Positions 14,201 through 25,450 of a DNA stretch of 64,000 nt are shown here, piece after piece. The stretch is from Octopus sinensis (Eukaryota). The translations under genes were made by a program, and so were the position numbers. The notes beneath the pieces are model-generated. The model had not been told where the DNA came from and did not search any database. It saw only the letters and a program-made list of their open reading frames with translations. The number at the start of each line of letters is the position of its first letter. The first letter of the stretch is position 1. The stretch lies in NCBI RefSeq assembly GCF_006345805.1, contig NC_043015.1, positions 10,106,001 to 10,170,000 of the forward strand. The letters run 5' to 3'.

Positions 14201-14992
14201 ATATCAGCTAATGACTTCAAGGGAAGATACTCCCAGCATACGCATTCGTTCAGATCGATGGACAGAGAGAACTGTACTTTCTTGTCTCGTTTTCTCTGGT
14301 GACACCATAATCTCCGAGATTAAATACCCAGCATTAAGTGGACTATTGTCGACACAGCGCAACCATGTTAATGAAAACGAGATGCATAACAAAGAATGTG
14401 AGTCCTCCAGTTCTTGTCGCATTTCGAAACGCTGTCTTTTGAAAAGTTGCATTCCAAAAATTATTTGTATTCTAACTGAATATAATCCGGAGCGAAGTAT
14501 GAAGTTTACTTAGAGATGGTTTTTTGAGGTGGTGAGGATACATTTAGATTAAATATTTGCATTTACTGCTGCTGTATTAGAATATACCGAGGACATAAGA
14601 CTTCGCATATTACGTAGGAAAATCATAATACGTTATTATAAGTACTGTATAATGCAACTTCTCCCCAAAAGAATTTATTTGACACTTTTGCTATTTTCGT
14701 GAGGTGGGGTAGCGTTGTGGCTTCTCACTTTTACTGAAACAATCTGCCAAACGTGCATGAGTTGTTTGGCGTTGTGTAGTTTTATTACAGGAAAGATGGG
14801 ACACTAACCACATAGACATATAAATTCCTATCATTCAGTGTTGATGCCACACACATGGATTGGACGAGAAGGTTCACTAGATTTCTTGGCATTCAGCTGA
14901 CCGCAAACAAATAGACCGTCCTTTTTTGTGATAGATAGAATTAATTTTTTGTGGCACACAACGACAAGCAAAAGTTGACAAATTGAGGGTAG

Positions 14993-15346
14993 CATACTCT
15001 TTTACCTTTTTCAGTTATTTGACTGTGCACATGCTGGAGCACCGCATTTCAGTCGAGCAAATCGACCCCAGGACATATTCTTTGTAAGCCTAGTACTTAT
15101 TCTATCGTTTCTTTTGCTGAATCGCTAAGTTACAGTTGTCAAGCGATGTTGGGGGGGGGCACACAAACATATACACGCACACATATATATACATATATAC
15201 AACGTGCTTCTCTCAGTTTCCGTCTACCAAATCCACTCACAAGGCTTTGGTCGGCGCGAGGCTATAGTAGAAGACACTTGTCCAAGTTGCCACGCAGTGG
15301 GACTGAACCCGGAAACGTGCTTACCGCACAGCCACTCCTGCGCCTA
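14993..15346 (-). mobile_element. SINE family B
   Basis: Reverse complement starts AGGCGCAGGAGTGGCTGTGCGGTAAG and ends GGTGCTCCAGCATG...ACTGAAAAAGG. Confidence 0.9.
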
Positions 15347-16185
15347 TAATGCGTACAATTAGTGAACAAAAGATTCCTTGATATTTGCGATTTAGCTTTC
15401 TTTGCATTAATAGAATTACCTGGAACAAAATAATAAGCAACGCAAATCAGGCGCTAATAAAAAAAAAATAAAGTCTATAGATTCTGTGAGATGCTGAAAA
15501 TAAAATGAATTTAATCAATAATGATATTCTAACCATTCAATGTCTGAATCATTTTTCGTACGCCCTGTATAAAACAAGCTTATGATTTTTAGTTACATAA
15601 CACACGAAAGAAATCAATGACACGTCAGCAGTTTTTCATTAAGTAATGCGGTTAAGTGATATAATACGATTGTCTATAAATAGCTTCACGTATTATGTAA
15701 TAATTGCCTGACGCATATCTTTTCCTTTCGTCGAACTACGGAATTCTTTTGTCTTTTTCTTTTGTTTTAAGTCTTGTAATGAAGAAAACGTTTTCTGTTT
15801 TTTTGCTCCAAAGAATCTGAGGCAATCCTAATAGTTGACTGCATAATATAGAGAGACACGTACGTGCACAAACACAAACACATGCACAGACACACACACA
15901 CACACCGCATCGAATTGACCGAATTTGTCCTTTACATACCTTCCGATAAGCTCCAGTAGGTTACGTTCTTCAATTATATTTTACAATCAGCGTATGTCGT
16001 AGACATAACGTTTCGTGAGCAAACATTTACAGTTTAGATTTACAGGGCCTCACTCATAAAATAAGGTTTTAAGCAGTCAAACTCTGAAAATGTGTACAAT
16101 TCAACACAGTTCTATATTTAAAACATGAGGAATTATGTACATGATTTACATTCGACGGATATTTGTCCTTATCTTGTTTGTTGTT

Positions 16186-16231
16186 AACACAACGTTTCGG
16201 CTTACATACCCTACATCCTTCTTCAGGTGTC
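16186..16231 (-). ncRNA. Type I hammerhead ribozyme, minimal palindromic-stem-III variant with weakened stem II
   Basis: Minus strand reads GACAC-CUGAAGA-A-GGAUG...AAGCC-GAAAC-GU-U-GUGUU. Stem I is GACAC/GUGUU, the core is intact and stem III is the palindrome ACGU. Confidence 0.7.
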
Positions 16232-16270
16232 TTGAGGATATTCCGTACCTGGGTTCTCATTCCTAAGGTA

Positions 16271-16272
<2 letters not shown>

Positions 16273-16314
<42 letters not shown>

Positions 16315-16370
16315 TATTATTATTATTATTATTATCATTATTATTATCATTATTATTATCATTATTATTA

Positions 16371-16446
<76 letters not shown>

Positions 16447-16463
16447 CATTATTATTATTATTA

Positions 16464-16494
<31 letters not shown>

Positions 16495-16548
16495 CATTAT
16501 TATTATCATTATTATTATTGTTATTATTATTATTATTACTATTATTAC

Positions 16549-16597
<49 letters not shown>
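16273..16597. repeat. Long interrupted (ATT)n microsatellite inside the tRNA/hammerhead composite
   Basis: About 325 bp of ATT with ATC/GTT/ACT interruptions. Confidence 0.95.
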
Positions 16598-16599
16598 TT

Positions 16600-16676
16600 C
16601 AGGTCACAGCTTGAAATTTAACTCGGAAACTTGGGTTTAGTAGCACGCGCTCTTAATCCCTACGCCATATGTCCGT
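16600..16676 (-). mobile_element. tRNA-derived Pol III head (degenerate) of the hammerhead composite
   Basis: Reverse complement GGACATATGGCGTAGGGATTAAGAGCGCGTGCTACTAAACCCAAGTTTCCGAGTTAAATTTC contains A-box and B-box remnants. It is homologous to 21759-21828. Confidence 0.7.
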
Positions 16677-16699
16677 GCGCATTTGGAGTGAATTTTAGG

Positions 16700-16835
16700 C
16701 CTTATAAACCTAATGTTTCCCTAGCCTTCCTTAATGGAGACCAATACCCCCTGTGGATTGAAGTCAGAATATTAGACAGAGAACACCACCGGAAAATACG
16801 AGAAATTAAAGCAGCACACACGCTAGGACATATAC
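16700..16835 (+). mobile_element. Penelope-like GIY-YIG endonuclease C-terminal fragment
   Basis: YPLWIEVRILDREHHRKIREIKAAHTL resembles the PLE endonuclease tail W..V.ILDRE..W..R..KEA.HI. Confidence 0.6.
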
Positions 16836-17004
16836 CGTGTTTTGTATTTTTTTGCCTGTGTAAAAATAAAATTAATTATCGTCGGGCATTTTCCGTCTTC
16901 TCCCATCAATATCATCCTTTTTCATCATTCATCTCATCAATATTTTTGTCCAGCCGCAAGCAACTCTGTGTCATGCCTTTATGGCAAAATTTTGAAATAA
17001 AGTA

Positions 17005-17120
17005 ATTTGCTTATCAACCGCATGGTTCCGAGTTCAGTCCAACCGCGTGTCAATTTTGGGCAAGTGTCTTCTACTATAGCCTCGGACCGACCAAAGCCTT
17101 GTGACTGGATTTTGTATGCA
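17005..17120 (+). mobile_element. SINE family B, 5' fragment
   Basis: TTGCTTATCAACCGCATGGTTCCGAGTTCAGTCC...GGGCAAGTGTCTTCTACTATAGCCTCGG. Confidence 0.85.
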
Positions 17121-17607
17121 GTGAATGATATATGAAAATAATTTCAGACTGAAGCAATACAATGCATAGTCAACATGTATAACGCCCTTATATGGTAGAC
17201 TACATGGTTTATTGCGCAATTTCCATTACAGGAACACTCCATTGCTCTTTCACACATGTACGCAAGTGAATTAATTTTTGGTAATTAACGAGGTGCCGGA
17301 AGAAGAACGCATTTCACTATGCTTAAATTAGAACTGTGAGAGGTAATATACTTTTAGGCGACCGGTAACGAATTACAATGAAAATGCTGTTTTCTCTATT
17401 GTTAGCATTATGTTGAGTTAGCAAGAGATTCAACATGCTATGTATTTTTTAAAAACGTTACTAAGAGACTGTGTGGGTTTCTAATTACTTTTGGATTCCC
17501 CTTACTATCGAAACATGTATAACACTTATATCGCCATGTTGATTCGCTAGCTTCTGCACGCACTTTTTTTTCTCTCCTTGTTTCTCTCCGTGTTTCTTTT
17601 CTGTGTA

Positions 17608-17645
17608 TCTTTCTGTTGAAGAGCGTGGGCTCGAAACGTAAAAGA
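17608..17645 (+). ncRNA. Hammerhead-like motif with an A6U core change, within a repeat whose 3' end recurs at 48996-49064
   Basis: UCUUU-CUGUUGA-A-GAGC(GUGG)GCUC-GAAAC-GU-A-AAAGA. Stems I and II are perfect and the architecture matches the 16186 motif. Confidence 0.55.
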
Positions 17646-18152
17646 CTTGTTTTATTTATATTCCTGAGCGCCATACTAATACAATTGTTTGTTTGTATTC
17701 CACATGCCTTCGTCTTTTGTTTATTTTCATAAAGCTTCCCGTTATGACACTTATATCTCGCTTAGAGCAAGAGATAATATTAATGTAAGTACTTACTATA
17801 AAAACGTAATCGTAATTGGATTGAGGTTTAATATATCTTAAGCAAAACTTTATGCTGGAACCATTGGTATTTGTGAGAGGATTGGAAGTTTTACTTAATA
17901 TAATAATGTTCTATGTACTTTAAATCAAAGTTGCGTATGAAAAATAGAAAAATATTGCGTTAACACTTCTAATAATCGAAGAATTTATGCTAAAAATGAT
18001 GCCTTGCGGAACATAAATTTTCAGACTATATATATCAAATAGCAGCACTAATGTCTTCATTGTTACAGTTAGTGGTTGTATTGTCTTTAATTAGATAATT
18101 GTTTTTACAAATAAAATGTTTGACAATAAAAAATGGCATACAGCTATATGGG

Positions 18153-18216
<64 letters not shown>

Positions 18217-18300
18217 GGTCCCGGGTAGATTCGGGGTTAACCACAGTAAATAAGGTACTCAATACATAGCAGAGTAAAATTAATTTATTATATAGAAGGA

Positions 18301-18349
18301 GCTTCTACAGGACTAGAACTGTTTCATTCAAGAGAAATCTTCAGGAAGC
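18301..18349 (-). ncRNA. Intact type I hammerhead ribozyme
   Basis: Exact reverse complement of 20149-20197. Confidence 0.8.
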
Positions 18350-18638
18350 TAGTTAACAAGAATTGTATTGGCATTTATACATTGAGGCAGGTTTAACGGG
18401 GTGTTGGTGGGGGACTTTTTTGGGGGTAGGCATAGCGCAAAATATCATACTTGGGGGAGTGGTCAAGGACTTTTACGAATGTGTGTACTTATGTGTATAT
18501 ATGGATACGCGCGTGTGTGTGTGTGTATGGGTACGCATGTACATGTGTATGTGCGTGTAGTGTATATATATGTATATGTGTGTGTATGCGTATGTGTGTG
18601 TATGTATGTATGTGTGTATATATGTGTATATATGTATG

Positions 18639-18680
<42 letters not shown>

Positions 18681-19020
18681 CATGTATGTATTTGTATGTA
18701 GGTGTATATGTATGTGTGTGTATTTATATGTACGAATAACTGCGCGTATATATATTTTACTATTTACTTATTTTTTGAGTATGCATGTAAGTATGAATAT
18801 AAGGAGGCGCGTGTGTGTGTGTATGTGTAAGCATAGATATATGTATACTTTTACGCATGTGTGTACTTATGTGTATATATGGATACACGCGTGTGTGTGT
18901 GTGTGTATGGGTACGCATGTACATGTGTATGTGCGTGTAGTGTATATATATGTATATGTGTGTGTATGCGTATGTGTGTATGTATGTATGTATGTGTGTA
19001 TATATGTGTATATATGTATG

Positions 19021-19068
<48 letters not shown>

Positions 19069-20148
19069 CATGTATGTATTTGTATGTAGGAGTATATGTA
19101 TGTGTGTGTATTTATATTTATTGGTGTATATATATTGACTAGCCTTCTAAGAGTGTAGACATAAATCTGTAGGTACGCGTACGTATGTGTATATACGTGA
19201 ATGTATGTAGATGGATGTATGTATGAATATAACGCGTGCGTGCGTGTATGTGTATGAGTGTACGAATGAGTGAGAGTACGTGCTAAAGAGTGTGCGTGAG
19301 TGAATGAGTGCTTGTTTTCCAGTAGACAGATAAATGGACTGGCTGTCATAGCCAAGATGTTTGTGACCAAGCGGCCAAAGATAACAAAAGTAATAAACGA
19401 AGATAATAAAATTAAAATTAGGGAATGGGTCTGTATTTGTATGTGTATATATATGTGTGTATGTGTAGGTTTGCATAAGTACACATATGTATATATATAC
19501 ATGTATGTATATGTATGTATGTGTGTGTATATGTGTGTGTATGTGTATATATGTGTATATAGGGACTAGTGTGCTGTGTGTGCATGTGTGTGTGTGGATA
19601 TGTGTGTGTATGCGTGTATGTGAGTATGTGTGTGTATGTGTATATATATTTTTCTGTGTGTATATGTATGTGAGGTCGTGTGTGTATATATACATGTGTG
19701 TATACGTGTATGCATGTGAGTGTGTGTATGTATACATATATGTGTATGTGTAGATATGTATATGTATGTGTATGTGTAAGTGTATATACATGTGTATATA
19801 TATGTGTGTGTATGTATGTGTGTATGTATATGTATATATGTTTGTATGTGTGTGTATGTATGTATACATGTGTGCATAGGTATAAGTGAGAATCTCCTTA
19901 TTTACCTAAAACTGTATTCCCCCTTTTTTTTATATATGGGTTTTTTTATATATAGGTTTTTTTTTAATTTTATTTTTTTTATTTTTTTATTTTTTATTAT
20001 TTTTTTATTTATTCTTCTATCTAATTTATCACTGACTCCTTGACCACTCCCCCAAGTATGATATTTTGCGCTATGCCTACCCCCCAAAAAGTCCCCCACC
20101 GTTAAACCTGCCTAAATGTATAAATGCCAATACAATTCTTGTTAACTA

Positions 20149-20197
20149 GCTTCCTGAAGATTTCTCTTGAATGAAACAGTTCTAGTCCTGTAGAAGC
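20149..20197 (+). ncRNA. Intact type I hammerhead ribozyme, predicted cleavage after GUA at 20192
   Basis: GCUUC-CUGAAGA-UUUC(UCUU)GAAU-GAAACAG(UUCUAGUC)CUGU-A-GAAGC. Stem I is 5 bp, stem III is 4 bp and all core nucleotides are canonical. Stem II is 3 bp closed by U-U. Confidence 0.8.
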
Positions 20198-20209
20198 TCC
20201 TTCTATATA

Positions 20210-20246
<37 letters not shown>

Positions 20247-20313
20247 TATCCAAACAAGAAAACAAAAAAGACAACAACGCAAAAGGTGGTCTTCACGAGG
20301 TAAACATACTGAA

Positions 20314-20344
<31 letters not shown>

Positions 20345-20776
20345 ATATATAAATACATATACCTATGCATGCATGAAAGTATATATCGGTCTGTGTGCCT
20401 GTGTTTCTATGTATGATTCGTGGTATCGTTGTTCATGAATACATATCCCCATGTGTGTTTTTATTTCGATGTTAATATCACAAAACCTCACTATGTGTTT
20501 GCGCTCTAGAATCTTCAATTAGTGAAATCTTTATCGGATAAGTTATTACACTTTTGTAAAAAAAATAATAAGATCGATAATATGTCGCCAGTTTCATGTC
20601 AATTTTTTAAGGAATTGCTATAAATACGTATAAGTACAATAAAAGTCAGATTTCTAATGGTCAGAATTCTGATGGTGTGATTATCGAATATTACATAAGG
20701 AGATAATTCTCATTTATTCACGCGAGTTCTACTCATATTTGTATGAAGATGGTTCGAATAAACATTATATAACATA

Positions 20777-20963
20777 CAAGAGTGGCCAAGGGGTAAAAAG
20801 CTTGATTTCCAACTACATGGTTCCAGGCTCAGTCCAACTGCGTGGCGACCTTGTGTATGTATCTTCTACAACAGATTCGGGTCGACCAAATGCTTGTGAG
20901 TTAATTTAATTATATATATATATATATATAATATATATATATATTATATATATATATATTATT

Positions 20964-21007
<44 letters not shown>

Positions 21008-21161
21008 TGTGTGTGTGTGTGCGTGTGTGGTGTGTGTGCCTCTCTGTGTGTGTGAATAAGATACGAAAATAGAGAGATAATTAATACTTGTTTATTAAGT
21101 TAAAATTTAGACACACACACATATATATGTATGTATATATATATATATATATTATATATTA

Positions 21162-21209
<48 letters not shown>

Positions 21210-21375
21210 GCATATATGTATTTGTTATTTGTGTCTGCGTTTGTCCCCCACCATTGCTGTACAACTGATGTTCTGTTTGTATCCCCTCCGCCTAGGAATT
21301 TGGCAAAAAGAGACCGATAGCCTAAGTACTAAGCTTACAAAGAATAAATCTCGGGGTCGATTTGTTCAACTAAAG
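20777..21375 (+). mobile_element. SINE family B, diverged, with an expanded internal microsatellite
   Basis: CCAACTACATGGTTCCAGGCTCAGTCC head, about 320 bp of TA/TG-rich DNA, then GAGACCGATAGCCTAAGTACTAAGCTTACAAAGAATAAA. Confidence 0.75.
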
Positions 21376-21501
21376 TAAGTGTATATATATATTTTATTTT
21401 AATTAACTTTTTATAGTTCTATACTTAAGAGATGAGGAATTATATACATTATTTACATTATTTACATTTGGCGGATATTTGTCCTCATTTTGTTTGTTGT
21501 T

Positions 21502-21547
21502 AACACAACGTGTCGGCTGATATACCGTCCAGACTTCTTCAGGTGTC
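21502..21547 (-). ncRNA. Hammerhead ribozyme copy with a damaged core (GAAA to GACA)
   Basis: Minus strand reads GACAC-CUGAAGA-A-GUCUG...CAGCC-GACAC-GU-U-GUGUU. It is a paralog of 16186-16231. Confidence 0.65.
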
Positions 21548-21597
21548 TTGGGGAAATTTCGAACATATTATCTTTGTTATTATTATTATTATTGTTA

Positions 21598-21660
<63 letters not shown>

Positions 21661-21687
21661 TTATTATTATTATTATTATTATTGTTG

Positions 21688-21739
<52 letters not shown>

Positions 21740-21758
21740 CATTATTATTATTATTATT

Positions 21759-21828
21759 CAGGTCACTGCCTGCAATCGAAATCGGAATCTTGGGGTCAGT
21801 AACCCGCGCGCTTAACCTCTACGCCATA
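21759..21828 (-). mobile_element. tRNA-derived Pol III head
   Basis: Reverse complement TATGGCGTAGAGGTTAAGCGCGCGGGTTACTGACCCCAAGATTCCGATTTCGATTGCAGGCAGTGACCTG has an A box, an anticodon-like loop and a B box. Confidence 0.75.
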
Positions 21829-22327
21829 CAGCCACGGGCTACTAACCCCAAGATTCCGAGTTCGATTCCAGGTAGTGACCTGAATAATACAAGATGTGAA
21901 CAAATAGCCGCCAAATGTAAATAATGTAAATAATTAATACTTTCCTTATGTCTACATATATATCTCCGATTCGTTACTTTTACTACCGATGGGAACCAAC
22001 TGCGTATGAAACCACTATCCCATCATACTCAATTATGGAGGCATTTATACCTGCTGCAAAATTCGTTCATGATAAATCTGTATTTCCGCTACTTGGTGAC
22101 CCCTCCCTTAACGATTTAGTTTTTCTTTTTTGCTATATTCTTTTTATTCTCCCACTCTTCATACCTACATTACTCTGCCCATTTGCACGCTATTTATTTA
22201 TTTATATAAATGCCTGTGAACGTAGGTGATAGCAGTTAGTATGTGTGTGACCATATGTGTACACATATATATGGATGTGTATATATATATATATATATAT
22301 GTATGTGTATGTGTAAATATGTGTAAA

Positions 22328-22387
<60 letters not shown>

Positions 22388-22564
22388 TAATACTAAGCAA
22401 TAAGGGTTTAGCAACGAGTTGCCTTACCACATACCGAATTTAGAAATAGCAGTCAAAGGTTATAGCTATTCTTCTACTAATGTATATATATATGTACTTG
22501 ATGATGTGTTTATACGTGTTTGTATTTGCGGTGTGTGCGCGTCTGCATGTGTGTCTGTATGTCG

Positions 22565-22599
<35 letters not shown>

Positions 22600-23070
22600 A
22601 TATATATACGCATATGCATCTGTGTGTATATGCATATATGTGTGTATATATGCATATATGTGTGTGTGTGTGTACATATGCATATATATATGTAGGTGTG
22701 TTTGTTTGTGAATATATGCGTTAGTCTGTGCGTACATGAGTTTATGTGTATCTGTGTGTGTATTTGTTTTCTCATGAATATGTATATGTATGTGTATATA
22801 TATTCGTACATAATTTTCTTTGTATGTTCGTATATTGCCATACCTATTTCTACCACTTCCCCAGCGACGAATTACACTCAGGTCATAAATCAGCTTTCCC
22901 ACAACATACATCATTAACATCCTCATCTTTGGACTCTGGACAATTTTCGAGTTATCTATAGAATACAACTTTTCATTTTAAGTTGTTGCAGACTAATACC
23001 GCTGTAAATATTCATATATGCATACATACATACACACATATGATATATATATATACATACACACACACAG

Positions 23071-23166
<96 letters not shown>

Positions 23167-23439
23167 GTTCTTTTTTATTTTGTTTGCAAGATTCTTTGTG
23201 CGAATTCTTGTGTTGAAGCATACTTTATTGTGTCTAGGGAGAGTCATTCTCTTTAATGCCTTATTACTTAACACACTCACCTATTCTATTAACACTTATT
23301 TAGTTGTCCTAAAGTTTATTTTTTCTAAAATTCTCCTTGTATCTTGCAACCATTTGAATAGTCGATGTTTCTGTCGATTATCAGAGCTGCGTTCTTTTCC
23401 TTTGCTCGTGCACGTGTGTGCGCGTCAGTTTGCATGTGT

Positions 23440-23840
23440 ATACTCTTTTACTCTTTTACCCTTTTACTTGTTTCAGTCATTTGACTGCGGCCATGCTGGA
23501 GCACCGTCTTTAATCGAGCAACTCGACCCCGGGACTTATTCTTTTATAAGCCCAGTACTTATTCTATCCTTCTCTTTTGTCGAACCGCTAAGTAACGGGG
23601 ACATAAACACATCAGCATCGGTTGTCAAGCAATGCTAGGGGGACAAACACATACACACAAACAGACACACGCATATATATATATATATATTATATATATA
23701 TATATACATATATACGACGGGCTTCTTTCAGTTTCCGTCTACCAAATCCACTCACAAGGCTTTGCTCGGCCCGATGCTATAGTAGAAGACAGTTGCCCAA
23801 GGTGCCACGCAGTGGGACTGAACCAGGAACCATGCGCCTA
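23440..23840 (-). mobile_element. SINE family B with a deleted head segment
   Basis: CTTGTTTCAGTCATTTGACTGCGGCCATGCTGGAGCACCG tail through GCAGTGGGACTGAACCAGGAACCATG. Confidence 0.9.
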
Positions 23841-24369
23841 TACATAACTGTGTATGTATATTAGCATGTCTGCATGTACGTGTACGCACATATATACGTA
23901 TATCTGTACACAATTGTATGCAAGTATTCTGCATATTTATGCGTTTGTGTGCTCATGTTTACGTCATTTTGTGTGTGTGTGTGTGTTTTCTATCTTTTCC
24001 TGAGTTTGTGTGTGTTTTATGTCTCTGCCTGAGTTTGTGTGTGTACCTCTATCTCTAACTGTATGTTTGAGTGTGCCTATGTGTATGGGTTTGTGTGACT
24101 ATGTACGTGCCTTTGTCATGTATCGATATGTGTCTCCATATAAGTCCTTTATGTGTGTGTGAAGTGTGCGCGTGTGTATATGGTCATGTGTTGCATCCTT
24201 CTTGTGTGTATATATATGTGTGCATTCTCCTCTTTCCGTATTACCTCTGTACCTATCTATATGTTTGCTTACATATAAAACATGCCGAGTTCTTGTGAAC
24301 AACTTATTTAGTAGCTATGGGTTTCATGTAATTGGAGTGGAGAAGCTGTTCTTTGGTGCTGACAGTCTC

Positions 24370-25450
24370 TAAACAAAGTCCAGTATCAAGGGCAGGGAGC
24401 CTATTGTTAGGGTGCCTAGTGGGGTAATCCATATTTACCTTGATACTTTGGTGGATGGAATTTGTTAGGTGCTAGATGTTTTTGTTATGTTTTGCATAAA
24501 TTCTTCATTACAGTTACTAGCTTGTCCTAACTAGAATATTAATGTAATCCACATACCTACAGTAAAGCAAAACAGTTGTGGATTGTTCAGCTAAGGACTG
24601 TTTAAATTTCCGTCCCACCAGGTTATGAAGCGGCCAGCCACACCGACACTAATGGTTACACATTGAACCTGCATTTATAGTTTCTCGTTAAACTTTACTA
24701 TGTGGTTCTCCGAGGCTGTTCATATGCTAGCACCTATTGCATGAGCAATCATTCTTTTCATCTAACTGTTGCTCCCCATGCCCCGCATGGGTATGTTCAA
24801 CTCACTCTGTGATGCTTTTCTTCACTGCCGAGGTGGTGATGGTGGGTGGTCTTCCCCTCTGTGACCTGGTTGGGTGGAATCTACTAAAATCATCTTTGCC
24901 TAGGGAGTTACAGTCAAAGCTCAATTTTTAGGAGGAAGCCTAGTTCCCACGCTTTCACATCATGGAACTCTACTTCGCTCTCACAGATAATCTCAATGCA
25001 TTTTCCGCGGCAGAATCTATGTCTGTAGATGGATAGAGAGAAATTATATCCATACTGCCACTACACAACCTGTGATATTTTTGGAGTAGCTGCTCCACAT
25101 TCCCATATATATTGAGGATTTTTTTTTACTCTTTCATGTTCATGTGGTGCAATTTCCTTGCATATAGTCAGTAATACTCAAATAGTTACAAAACAAATAA
25201 CATTGCTGGCACATTCAAACAGTAGTATCGTTTCTGCAGTTCGCAAAGTGAATTCACCTCTTCCGAGCCGTATACAATGCTAAACGGTTTATTGAACATC
25301 CCCTCCACCACTCTTTCATGATTAAAGATGAATAATCTTTGGCTACATATAATCCTGAACCTTCTCGAATTTTTGGAATCTCGTGCAACATCGATATTCC
25401 TTCCTGTGTTTGTGAAATCTTCTATCCCTTCATTTCTACACACGCCAGCT
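24370..25450 (-). mobile_element. Penelope-like element RT remnant, second lineage
   Basis: Minus-strand frames give GSMDIISLYPS, TRSQRGRPPTIT, ENHIVKFNEKL, FITWWD, CRYVDYIN and NKFHPPKYQ/SIKVNMDYPTRHPNNRLPALD. These match the PLE RT motifs MDV..LYPS, GR.PT, NH.Y.F, WWD, RYVDD and DYP......P.LD. Confidence 0.75.

Larger units (their letters stand above)
18213..20215. mobile_element. Non-coding element bounded by ~180-bp inverted repeats (18283-18469 and 20037-20215), each carrying a hammerhead; probable PLE-derived pseudo-LTR structure inserted in (TA)n
   Basis: The arms are reverse complements apart from one 8-nt indel and about one substitution. The interior is TG/TA low-complexity sequence with a 260-bp direct duplication, and both ends abut (TA)n. 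Confidence 0.75.
21448..21934. repeat. Nested inverted duplication of the tRNA/hammerhead composite
   Basis: Inner arms 21752-21806 and 21835-21889 (55 bp, 5 mismatches). Outer arms 21448-21492 and 21890-21934 (45 bp, about 4 mismatches). Confidence 0.85.

Noticed and set aside
14100-14513. 137-aa plus-strand ORF
   Set aside because: No recognisable motifs. It overlaps or abuts the antisense of the decayed PLE.
21759-21889. tRNA-like sequences as functional tRNA genes
   Set aside because: The acceptor and T stems are mismatched and the sequences are embedded in a repeat composite. They were treated as SINE-type heads.
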